DNA from: Fimbriosthenelais zetlandica | Lineage: Eukaryota | DNA: 64,000 nt | NCBI GenBank assembly: GCA_977030845.1 | Contig: OZ365111.1 | Location: 12,028,001 to 12,092,000 of the forward strand | Direction: 5' to 3' | In this document: one piece after another, positions 47,729 through 58,700 of the stretch | How the letters are laid out: the number at the start of each line of letters is the position of its first letter | How positions within the stretch are numbered: the first letter of the stretch is position 1 | Made by a program: the position numbers and the translations under genes | The notes under the pieces: model-generated | What the model saw: only the letters and a program-made list of their open reading frames with translations | The model's database searches: none | Told to the model about the DNA's origin: nothing

Positions 47729-48685
47729 CAGTGGAACCTCGCTATCCGGCCACCTCACTTTACCGGCCACCTCGCTATGTGGCCAGAAAAAGCCCAGTCC
47801 CGAATTTGTTCCCTCTATATCATGTTTAATTCTTATTCAATAAAACGGCCACTCACTAAACCGGCCACCTCGCGTTATGGCCGGCATTTCATGGACAAAC
47901 AAAGGATTTACATCTCACTAAACCGGCCATGGTGACCAGAGGAGCAGACATTTCTTTGATGATGTAACAGCACGGCGCGACTGGGGGGCCGACGCCGAGT
48001 CTGAGGGGCGGATTAAATCATTAAAACTACATGTAGATAGCCCTGAATACACACATTCACCCCCTACCCCTTACCAGCAGGCATGATCATAGCCTCATTA
48101 ATGGTTTTCAAAACGACCTTTAATTCAGGCACTTTGCTGATGAAATCAAAGAAATGTTCTCATAATTTATTTAGCCATTTCACACTAAACCATCGAATCT
48201 AAACAAAGTTAATCGTAGCTTGACTCATATGTCTTCTGCGTGGGTAAATTTGAGTAAATGTTCTGTATGTGGTGTTTTATTTTAAATTTTGCCTTGATCT
48301 GATCTATTAACAGAAATTTATTCACAACTTAGGCCAATTTATGGGACAAATCGTGGCTGTCGGTAGGCGAAACCACCATAACGGGCCGGTGATGAAGCCC
48401 TACCAGGTCTATCAGTGGGAGAAACCACCAAAAAAGCACATTTTATTTATTTATAGAATAAAAATTGTTGGTTTCCTTTAAACAAGACCTGATCGTCCCT
48501 ATTTTATTATGAAAAGAGATGAGTATACCGGTAGTGTAAACATTGCGCATTTGGTGGTCAGCAATCTAATGACCAATATGGTTGTGTAGGCTATCGGGCA
48601 ACTGTACCTCACCAAACCGGCCATCTCGCTATCCGGCCAGAAAAGGCTCAGTCCCAATGGTGGCCGGATTAGTGAGGTTCCACTG
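47729..48685. mobile_element. 957-bp non-autonomous Tc1/mariner(pogo)-type DNA transposon in CDKL1 intron 1
   Basis: TA|CAGTGGAACCTCGCTATCCGGCCACC ... GGTGGCCGGATTAGTGAGGTTCCACTG|TA: ~26-bp TIRs, TA target duplication, subterminal CCGGCCA(C/T)CTCG repeats, no transposase ORF. Confidence 0.9.
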
Positions 48686-50942
48686 TATCTAGATGCGTCT
48701 GATAGACACGAGCTATCGAATCAATAAGCTTGATATGGAGGGAGTGAATTTCTCCTAAATCCTAATGCTTTCTATTTCCAAACCCCATAGATTTGATGTA
48801 TAGACATCGATCCCAGAAAATGTACTTGATGACCTTAGCTAGGGTAAAAAGGAAAAGAAGAATGTCTCGCCTAGTTTCCTCCCCCAGACACAGGCGAAAG
48901 CTGACCGCCTAGAGAGCTACATTGTTGTTTGACAAAAGAACCTAGAATCATTGTCCCCACATATATACCGTAATAACATAATCTTTTACACAATTTAGTA
49001 ATCAGGAAATGTATTACAAAGCAAGACGGGATCAAGGGATTTCCATCCTTGTTTTCAACATAAAGCCTCAATGAATAATCTAAGAAATGATCCCTTGGAT
49101 GAAGATTAAAGAATTCATAATCGCCCACTCGTTTTGTTTTCTGTGGTGGTGGGATATTTTCTAGTTTTTTAAGGCAAACTGGCGGGGTTATAGATAGAGG
49201 ATAGCTAAGTCATGAGACCTACAATATTTCTGAAAGTTGTAATTTAGTTGATCGATTCCCGGAGTCTGTCTTTGGCGCATTTCCCATTCACCATGTGAAT
49301 GATGTGCAAGCTTCACTTTATAGCTGAGCAGCGCTCGGAGAGTTACTAACAACAATCTAAATAAAATAAAATGATGACAATAAATCTGTATGGATTTACA
49401 GCCACCAACAATGCTGTGTGAATGTATGAAGCTTTCTTTACTAAACAAAAATATTTCCTTTCTTAAGAGTTAACTTCACAAGAGATTCCAGGTTCAGGGT
49501 ATAATTTACCTGGTATCGCACCGCATTTTGCGACTCAATTTGATGTATTTGCAATACAAAATCAAATTGGCATTTTGCGATGAATACAAATTATCTGCAT
49601 TCTTCAGGTGGCAAAGGAGAAATTGCGATGCAAAATCGCTTGATTGGATTCTGATTGCTATGCAAAATCAACTTGCATAGCAAATTTTTCCAATAGCAAT
49701 TTTTTTAAACCAAAATATAGGCCTATCCTGAGGTTAGGGAATTGGAGATGTACTCTGTATGCTAGTAATAATAAATAGAGTGCATGTACTAATATCTAGA
49801 TATTTCTCGGTAATTACAAGGTAGACGTTGCAATGGATGGTAATCTCCTTACATCATGTTACAATATAGTGGGTAGACCGGAAAGCAGGGAGCCTGGATT
49901 AAAGTAGGGACACACTGTGGGCCCCTATACCATTTCGCATAAATGTATAGACAAAAATAATCTTGATGAAATCCGGATGATTCAACAGTAAATAACGATC
50001 AAATGTACTTTGATGTGGGCTTTCTATAATAACCAAACAATTTAACTAGCGGAGCAATGAGTAGGTACGGTACGTTTAATCTTAGACAGTTCCTTAAAAT
50101 TGAAGACAAATGTAGGGGGTGTAGGGGGTTGGGGGTTGGCCGGGGGAGAGATGCTGTGAGAAATTAAAACTATTAGTAGCAGGGAGGAAAGGACTCAGGA
50201 GCTAAGAGAGGACTAATATGAACAGGAAACATGTTTTCCACCACTTCTGCAGGCTAGCTATTAGTGTCAAATACTTATGTATGGAATGCAACTAGAATCC
50301 TAATCCTAGGCTCGGGCAAGCTCAGTCATAACTCAGCTTAAGGTTGCTTGAATAAACATATTAGATTCTCCAAATAAATTAATTAAACAGAAATGACAAA
50401 ATTACATTTTCTTTATATATATTTCTCGCAAACCATTGATATTAACTGTAAATGTAGGCTTTCCTTTTTTTATTGTAACAATGTCAATGAAATTTTTCAA
50501 CTCTAATCTGCTCGAGATCTTTTTTTTAATGAATAAAATCGATAATTTAATGAGTGGTTTTATAAATATATGTGTGAAACTCATTCAATCGTACAGGACA
50601 CGAAGCATACTGCATGCAATATTGAGGGAAATCCACTGGAGCGTACTAACTACATGTATGAATTATTTAGTGGGAATAGCTAATCAATTTAAAGTGATAT
50701 AATGGAACACGCGTGTTTGGAGGGGAAAAAAATAAATATGGCAACCATCTTGCTTCTAATCTAGGCCCGTTAGGCCTACATAGAAATAGCCTACATTTTG
50801 AAATTGATCAAAAGCCAATAGCCTAATTCATAGACATAGGCCATGTTCTATGCCTAGGCTATGGGTATTTTTATTGTTAATTTCCGAAAAGGGATTTATA
50901 GATCTAGTAGAGGCTTAACTGGTAGATAGATCTATAGATCTA

Positions 50943-51179
<237 letters not shown>

Positions 51180-52031
51180 TCATTCATTTGCACTTTTGTT
51201 GATCTTTAGCAGGTGCACAAGGTTTCGCAGAGTCTAATGGGATCAGATTTCAATATAAGGGCAGAGAAGACTTAACGTTGTTATTGAAAATTGTATCCAC
51301 TGGGCTTAATTAAACCATTTTATTCCAATTGTCCCAAAACTGTGCTAAAATCGTGGTCCTTCCAAATCCAATGAGGTTAATGGCACATTCTGTAGACGTT
51401 CCCTAAATCCTTGAACTTCATGTCCTTAAATTATTGCCTTGGATCATCCACAAACGATATTACCGTTCAACAAGGTGTGTAGGAGCATAATCCTGATATT
51501 TAACTGTGTATTCCCGTCTGATCCGTCACTGGTGTGGCAAGCACCTGTAACTCTGACAGCTGATAAACAATGTAAAGGCTAAAGCGGGCACTGTCTTCTC
51601 CCAGCGGATCAAATTATCACTTATCTCACAGGATATTCACAGTTCCCATTGATGTCGCCTCAAAATTCCGACTGTTTGAAGTTCAGGGGATATAGCCACA
51701 CTGTCTCATTATGTCCATGGTCGATATAAAGGGAAATGAAAGCAAAAATTTAGAGAAATAAAACAGACCTGTAACGTTACATCGAAAAATAACAGGAATA
51801 GTCACAATCAATATGGCGGCTCAGGTAAGATATCCATGCGCACGGTTTGATGGGTTGATAGTCATGAATATCTAGTTTTATCCAGCATCACACGAATTTG
51901 TGTCATGAAATATCGTTTTTTCTTTTAAGAGATAATTTTCTGCACATCAAATATGCTTAGATGTGTAAATATCTCGGTTGATCATTGGTACTACTTTCCA
52001 GGGCGTGCAGACGTTGTGTGCTGTTCAGGTC

Positions 52032-52070
52032 AGCTCCATGGCAACGCGTGATCACGTGAACAAACACAAA
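52032..52070. promoter_or_regulatory. RFX X-box plus E-box plus forkhead-like motif upstream of CDKL1
   Basis: AGCTCCATGGCAAC (reverse complement GTTGCCATGGAGCT), CACGTG, AACAAACA; about 0.9 kb upstream of the CDKL1 ATG. Confidence 0.55.
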
Positions 52071-52649
52071 CTTTACACACACGGTCTACAGGCAGCCAGT
52101 CACTGTGGACGCTTTACATGCTTTCTATATAATATGTGGAGTAGGCATGTAGACTAGATAGGACTATTAATTACCTAAAATAGTAGTCCGTACATATAAA
52201 TAACTAGATATTAAAATATACATTATTTATAACCTAGGGCTAGGCATCGGTTGTTGTTTTTATAGAAAGCATCCTGACTAATATTAGTAGGTTGGTAGGG
52301 CCTAGGAATAGGCCTAGGCATAGTCATAGATGCTGATTCAGCATAAATCTAGCCTAGATAACAGGCCTAGTTATGCCTAGAATAGATGAAACCAGTAGCC
52401 TATAATTGATTCCAAGGTAGGCCTACCGGTAAGAATCGGAATATTAAGCCACTTAGGCAGTAGCCTAACATTATGGCTTAGGCTATGCCTTAGGCCTACT
52501 AGGCCCTAGCCTAGGCCTACTGATATGATTCAAAAAGGCTTCTAGAGCCATAGAAGCTAAGAGGCCTAAATAGATGATTCTATTTGGTGCTGCTACCTTG
52601 TGCGTCGCCAGTGAACTGAGCTCCTCCGCGCCTTTACTTCAGACGGAAA

Positions 52650-52664
52650 CCACCAGGTGGCAGC
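52650..52664 (+). promoter_or_regulatory. CTCF-like motif
   Basis: CCACCAGGTGGCAGC, near-canonical CTCF core. Confidence 0.6.
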
Positions 52665-52734
52665 TCTGTTAGTATTAGGTCTATGGTCGCCACCATCAGC
52701 TGAGTGCCCAAGCATCCGGTTATCTGAGGCGTGG

Positions 52735-52814
52735 CACACTCCGCATAGTGGCGCTCCAGTCGTTCCTCCTTAGAAGAAGGGAGGAACGACTGGAGCGCCA
52801 CTGTGCGGAGTGTG
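52735..52814. other. 80-bp GC-rich foldback (35-bp stem, 10-nt loop)
   Basis: CACACTCCGCATAGTGGCGCTCCAGTCGTTCCTCC-ttagaagaag-GGAGGAACGACTGGAGCGCCACTGTGCGGAGTGTG; the single mismatch is a G:U-compatible pair. Confidence 0.9.
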
Positions 52815-53529
52815 GAGGCGTGGTTTACTAATTTGTGAACTAACTTAGCAAGAATACTAGCCTAGGCCTATGTTTCCTCTTTTTAGGCCTATGTCCATGA
52901 ATTATATTTTCCAAATTTCACGAGGCTAGACCTAGGCCTAAAATCATCCCTTCAATTTTTTTTTTTTTTTAGTTAGATTTTTATAGGCCTAGGGCCTAGA
53001 GCCTGTTATGGGTGAATAGGCCTACCAGTAGGCTACCAGCTTGCACTCTTGATTAGGCCTACTCAAGTTTCTCGTATGATTTTCAGCTGGGGGCTCTTTC
53101 TATGCATAGGCTATGTGCATTAGGCCTAGGCCTACTACATTGCCTTGTGTGAGATGGATATTTCTAGGTGCATGTGGTAGATAGAACATAGGCCTATTAG
53201 TTAGGCCTAGCCTATATGCATAACCTTGAGGAGGGAGGCATTGGAAAAAACAACTGAGCTAACTCCCCTCCTTTCGATGGCATAGGCCTAGGTCTGACAT
53301 GTTGGGATCATGGCTCCATAGGCCTAGCCTACTAGCCTAGTTTTACCCGCTTTGCCGGCTACAGTCTATTCGCTCTAAGTTGATCCGAAACTACAGTAGG
53401 CCTACATATGTAGGCTATGGTGGTTTCGGATCAACTTAGAGTGAACAGACTGTACATAGGTGGCTTGCAGTAGGCCTAGGCCTAGTGGTGCCCTGAGGTC
53501 ACCATTTGGTAGCGTGCTAATAATGTCAT

Positions 53530-53589
53530 CCGGAAGCGTCTGACCGGAAACGACTACCGACCAATCAGAACAGAGAACCAGGTGGCGCT
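53530..53589. promoter_or_regulatory. Promoter-like core: two ETS sites, CCAAT box, CTCF-like motif
   Basis: CCGGAAG (53530), ACCGGAAA (53543), CCAATCAG (53561), CCAGGTGGCGCT (about 53578) in a CpG-richer patch. Confidence 0.55.
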
Positions 53590-54460
53590 CTTTGCACGAG
53601 GCCATTTCTTCACGAATCTCGGAAAAGTTGGATTAGGCTAAGCGAAGTCTCAAGATCACCCAAGACACAATTTTGATCGACGATCGATATCCTGAGCGCC
53701 GAGAAGACGCCTACCAACTTGGCAACTTTCGCTTTGCAACTTCAACTTGGCAGTAAAGTGGAGTAAACACCTTGCACGATTGTAGCAGGACGCGTTCAAA
53801 ACATCCTTCCTCGCCAATGTTATTAGGCCCTACCAACCAATGTGTCGAAAATGGATAGGCCTAGGCCTAATTCATTCTATTGATACTTAAACGTCACTAT
53901 GGACATAGTTTTAACTGCAGGAAGTGTGAGGGACGAGTTGAATTTGAGGAGCGGAAAGTGCCATGAAATCATCCCATGATTATGATAGGCCCTAGTGATT
54001 GTCTCCTTCGTGGTTCATCACGTCATTGTTGTTTATTCAACCACAAATCGCCAAGAATACATTGAGTGACTGAGCCATCTGACGCTATCGTACCGGTTCT
54101 GCATCAAACTGTAAGTATAGTTCGTAGGCCTATAGTTATCTGTAGGCCTAGGCTACACATTGTTTTCACTTTTATAAGAATCTTATAGTTATAGGCCTAC
54201 GGTGTTTACGAGAGTGGGAGACTTCTGAGAGATCTAATATTGTTTGGAGTTGATAATTATATTTTATCTAGGCCTATGTAGGCCTACAATCTGTAATTCA
54301 TTATAGAGTGATAACAGTTTGAGACATAGGCCTATATTCCTCTAGACGGAGTATCTGTCCCGGTGAGGAAGACGAGGCTTGTTTACAGGCTAATATTCCT
54401 CCAGCCATGTGTGTACAGGACCGCTGTGCGGTGGCAGCACTGTAGCCACTGATATACCTA

Positions 54461-55077
54461 GGCCTGCTGCATGTGAGATACAAATTGGGCTTTTCTAGGA
54501 AATTATAGGGCATATGCCAGCCAGGTATATTAGGACGGCATATTTTGAAGAAATTCAAATAAGTGAGTTGGCCTAATTAGGCCTAATTATCTATAGAATA
54601 TGGAAACAACTGACGCGCATAGGTCTATGCTGGCTGGCTGGGCAATGCGCCCTCTATGTGCGCTCATCTAAATCCGTTACCCTGATTGCACCCCATACAA
54701 GTACCCCACCACAGGCAAAAGTGGAAACTAACGCTCAATGGTAGGCCTGTGTCAATGGGAGAAAGCTTCTCGCCTCTCAAGATATTCAGCATGGACTCCA
54801 TAATGAAATGTATATGCAGGTAGGCCTAGATAAACCATTCATCTAGGCTTCGTCTAGGCTTATTCACTATTTAAAAAAACAATTTTGACTCCATTGAACT
54901 TTTGCCATTGTATTAGATTGTTTCCATATTCTATAGATAATTAATTAGGCTAACTCACTTATTTGGATTTCTTCAAAATATGCCGTCCTAATCTACCTGC
55001 CTAGCATATATGCCTAAGGATTAGACCTTATATCATTTCCTAGAAAAGACCAATTTGTATCTCACATGCAGCAGGCC
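54461..55077. mobile_element. ~620-bp foldback element with ~150-bp diverged inverted arms, bounded by TA|GGCC...GGCC|TA
   Basis: Left arm 54461-54610 aligns with the reverse complement of 54917-55077 (GGCCTGCTGCATGTGAGATACAAATTGG...TTCTAGGAAAT...TTAGGACGGCATATTTTGAAGAAAT.CAAATAAGTGAGTT...ATCTATAGAATATGGAAACAA). Confidence 0.75.
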
Positions 55078-58000
55078 TAGGCCTAATTGAGTGAATAGAC
55101 CCAGGCCTATGATTGCCTGCCTATATTTGATTTTGATAGCACCTTAATGAGTGAATGACCTTCTAGCCCTGATGACCCCCGTGTGACCTTCAGTCGGGGT
55201 GTAGGTCAGAATGTCTGGTATGTCTCACAGACAGTGACCGGTCACTCATCCCCCGCACTTCACCTGTTTTTCAGACACAAGTGTCTGGGTCCATATTTAA
55301 AGTTAGCGAAGTTATTTTTTAGCAGAAAAAAGGGCGTATCATAAAAATAATTAATAGGCCTATTATTGTATGTCAAATTAGCATAGCCCTATGTAAGCCT
55401 AAAGAAAAAAGGTGAAGAAAATAAAAACATATGTAAAAAGTATGTACATGTACCTGTGCATTGGCCAAGAGGAATTGACTTGTGGGTCCAAGTATTTAGA
55501 ATGTTGCCAGACTGCCACTTAGAGTAGGCTTACTTCCTCTATAGGCCTCGGAGTAGTCCTATTGGATACATTACAGGATTTACGGTTATGATCAACCTCT
55601 AATAGTCCTAATATTGAATCCCAAACTATTCATTCAAGGATCCCTACAATATTATTTGTTCAAAGTGAAGATGGAAAAACGATAGAAATATTCATCAATT
55701 TGTATGTGTTTATAGTATATTGGGTTGTCTTTCATCTATTTTTTTTAATGAAAATAACAGTTCTGCCCAACCCTATACTTGAACAAGATCCCATCCCCAT
55801 TATACCAAGCACTCCCCCCCCCCCATCCCAACCCCGCGCCACCCGTCCGCGTATTTTCCGGAACGTCCATTTACACTTCCATCACTTGTGGTCAATAATT
55901 GATGATCATAGGTCAATATTCGAGTTTGTACCACAAGAACTGTGTACTACCTATTGACCCATAGACCTTCCGTTACCTAATTTTGGAGTATTTAAAAAAA
56001 TTCTGAAACAGCCCCCTGGGTCTCGTGAATAGCATCGTTCAAGGGTCCTCCCAGCATTCCAACTTTTAATTTGGGTGGCAATGCAAGTAAAGTCAATTCA
56101 AAATTGAAAATTTCAATAATCTTGAAGAATGTATAGTAAATATTGTGAAATCCTTTTGATTAAATCTCTTGAGTTTTATCCTATATAGTTTATGACTCTT
56201 GAACCATCATCAAGATAATTATACATGTCATCCATCAATGTCAATGTCATTCATTACGTAATCTTTCAACCCCATATAAATGCGGTAACCACAGACACAC
56301 TGTTAATGAGATGAGCTGCACTGGTGTTCATTTTGGGTGAATGAATGGGTCCATAGAAAATGAACACATGGCAATTGAACTCGGTGCTGACTTCTGCTTT
56401 TGAAAAGTGTACACAACTTGATTGATTTTGCAGAGATGTAACCTAATATTAAGCCGACAGTTATAGAATCCATTGGCTTTTATCGAGTGTCCTTTTATTT
56501 CCAACCTTCTCCTCTGTGACCCTTTCCACTCTCCCAAGCCAAAGGTATGACTCATTCAAAGCTTGGGGTGAATGCATTGAGTGGTCTCGTTCAGCACCCC
56601 CTTGATTTACATTAAAAATATGTAGTTTTCAAAAAACCACTTAAAATTCACAAAAATATCGCGGCGGTGCATCCTGTTGAATATTTTTTGGGTGTGATTT
56701 ACAGTAATTCTATAATTCCACAAATGAACCGGGTGCGATGACACACACAAATCCACCTGTCTATACCCCTCCGCTTGACTAATAGTTCAATCCATTGCCA
56801 TGTCTCTCAGTGAAGTGGGTCGGTCCATTGAAGGTGAAGGGGGAGACTAGTGGGTCAGTCAGCGCCGGCACACCACATTTCATGTCCCCAGGTCCGGAGT
56901 ACCAGACATACCCACACCTCGTGTGTACAAATTTCGCGGGAATATTTCAGAATTTGGATACTGTCATCTTCTGAACTCGTCTGATAACTATCTCGGTGAC
57001 CTTCTCCCGTTCTAGATGTGAGTATATTTTCATTTAACTTGCTTAGAAAACAACATGAAGAGGCAATACACAATTTCTTGATGACCCTCTGTAGATACCA
57101 TGCCCAGTTCAAAATCTAATCGTTCTAATCCCGTTTTACAAGCCTTTCTCAATCAAATATCGAACTAGTTGAATGAAAACTGTTAATATTTTTCTCCTTT
57201 GGGACACTGACTTCAGTTTAGCGTGAAAAAAGTACATCAATCTTGGTTATGAGGCCCACGCTTTGACTTTCTTTGAATGAATGGAGGGAAGCATGAAAGG
57301 CGTTTCACTATAACTAGGTGGCTTGTAGTAGGGAACACAGATGGTGATTACATTGGTACTGGACAGCTGGGGTGGGGATTGGGGAGAGGGGGTATGGGAA
57401 AGGTAGAGGGAGAGGCGGGTATGGGGAATAAGGTAGAGGGGGAGGGGGGCTTGTACCAGACAGCGGAGACTGGGTCGTACTAGAGAGAGGGTGAATGTTT
57501 TATACCTCCCGCTGCATATCACACCCCCAAGGTAATATTTCATTTAAAATTTTCTTCTAAATTATCGTTGTTAAATTTGAGCCTTGAGGTGGTGGATGAT
57601 TATTTTTATTCACTTCACTACCAGCAGATGTTTTGTGGCGGGATGATGCTCTAATGATGACTTGGAGAGGTTCCGGAATCAATGTTGATTCTACATGATG
57701 ATTCATAAATTAGGAATCCTAGCGAGCTAGCCTTAATGTGATGATTGTGTCTGTAATATAATGAAAACTATTTCTAAAATTGGCAAATATTCAGCCGTCT
57801 TATCTGTGAGTTGCACCAAAAATAAGGAAAATATTGGGATCTATAACATTATCACTTCCTCTATTGACATTATGATAATATTATATTTGCGGTGCATCCT
57901 ATGACCAACGGTGTTTTATTCTAAGCTAACATTTGAGCAATATATTATTTAGTGGAGTATATTTCAATATACAAAATTGTCATTGAAGGGAAATCCAGGA

Positions 58001-58149
58001 TTTTTTTCTATAATACTTAGCTGCTGTTCAAATGGAGATCTTTACGAAATTCCCATTTCTTACTTCATATGACCACCGACAAAATATTTGCCAACCATTA
58101 AATGTTCAATTGTACCCCTCAATTGCGTCTAGTGTTCATCCCAAAAAGA

Positions 58150-58700
58150 AATAACGAGAAAAAGGCTTTCCATCTGGCATTGAACACTCAAGAAGCGCCA
58201 AAACCTGCCACCATGATGCTGAATCAGTTGTGAGATTCATTGGCTTGCTCACGTTCAGCAAACATCGTATTTCTCATCCTCAATTGCTCTTTATACTCCT
58301 TATAGGGCAGGGGACTGCTTTTATCTGGCCAACTCCATCTAATTGTCTCACTTCTGGGTTTGTGAAGTCTGATTGCACAATATCTTAACGCAATTTATTT
58401 GGAAATTGCAATCTATTTTACTTCTATGATCTCATTCCAAACCACTAATGTTAATCGATATATCCCACATTTTTCAGTATGAATGAATGGTCCTATTGAA
58501 ATAATATCGAACACATATTTTCCCAGCATTTCTACGCATAATCAGTGTGAACATGTGTGCGGATGACTGCAAGCATCCTTACATCATCAGTTAGTATGAT
58601 AAACATGAATCATCTCTCCTCCCAGTCATAGAAGGCATGGCCCTGCCAATGATAACACTTCTACAAGGCACTGCTCCCACACAGGCAAGGCTTATCTCTT
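58150..58700 (+). mobile_element. Decayed CR1/L2-clade LINE reverse-transcriptase relic
   Basis: RT-like motifs in the right order and roughly the right spacing across frameshifts: GFPSG...VVRFIGLLTFSK (GxFP...YRPISLLxxFSK), GFVKSDCTIS*RNLF (DFSKAFDTVSHxxL), SVNMCADDC (xxLFADDC). Confidence 0.5.

Larger units (their letters stand above)
52280..55560. repeat. Dense dispersed cluster of TAGGCCTA-type palindromes (cluster 2; a smaller satellite cluster lies at about 50760-50945)
   Basis: Hand count of about 38 AGGCCT in 3.3 kb, plus many TAGCCTA/TAGGCTA/TAGGGCCTA variants and chains TAGGCCTAGGCCTA. Confidence 0.9.

Noticed and set aside
56850-57050. Minus-strand KFVHTRCGYVWYSGPGDMKCG resembling a phage/viral zinc-ribbon
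   Set aside because: Short motif in a stop-interrupted frame with no second Cys pair; adjacent coding-like DNA is better explained as a decayed plus-strand LINE.
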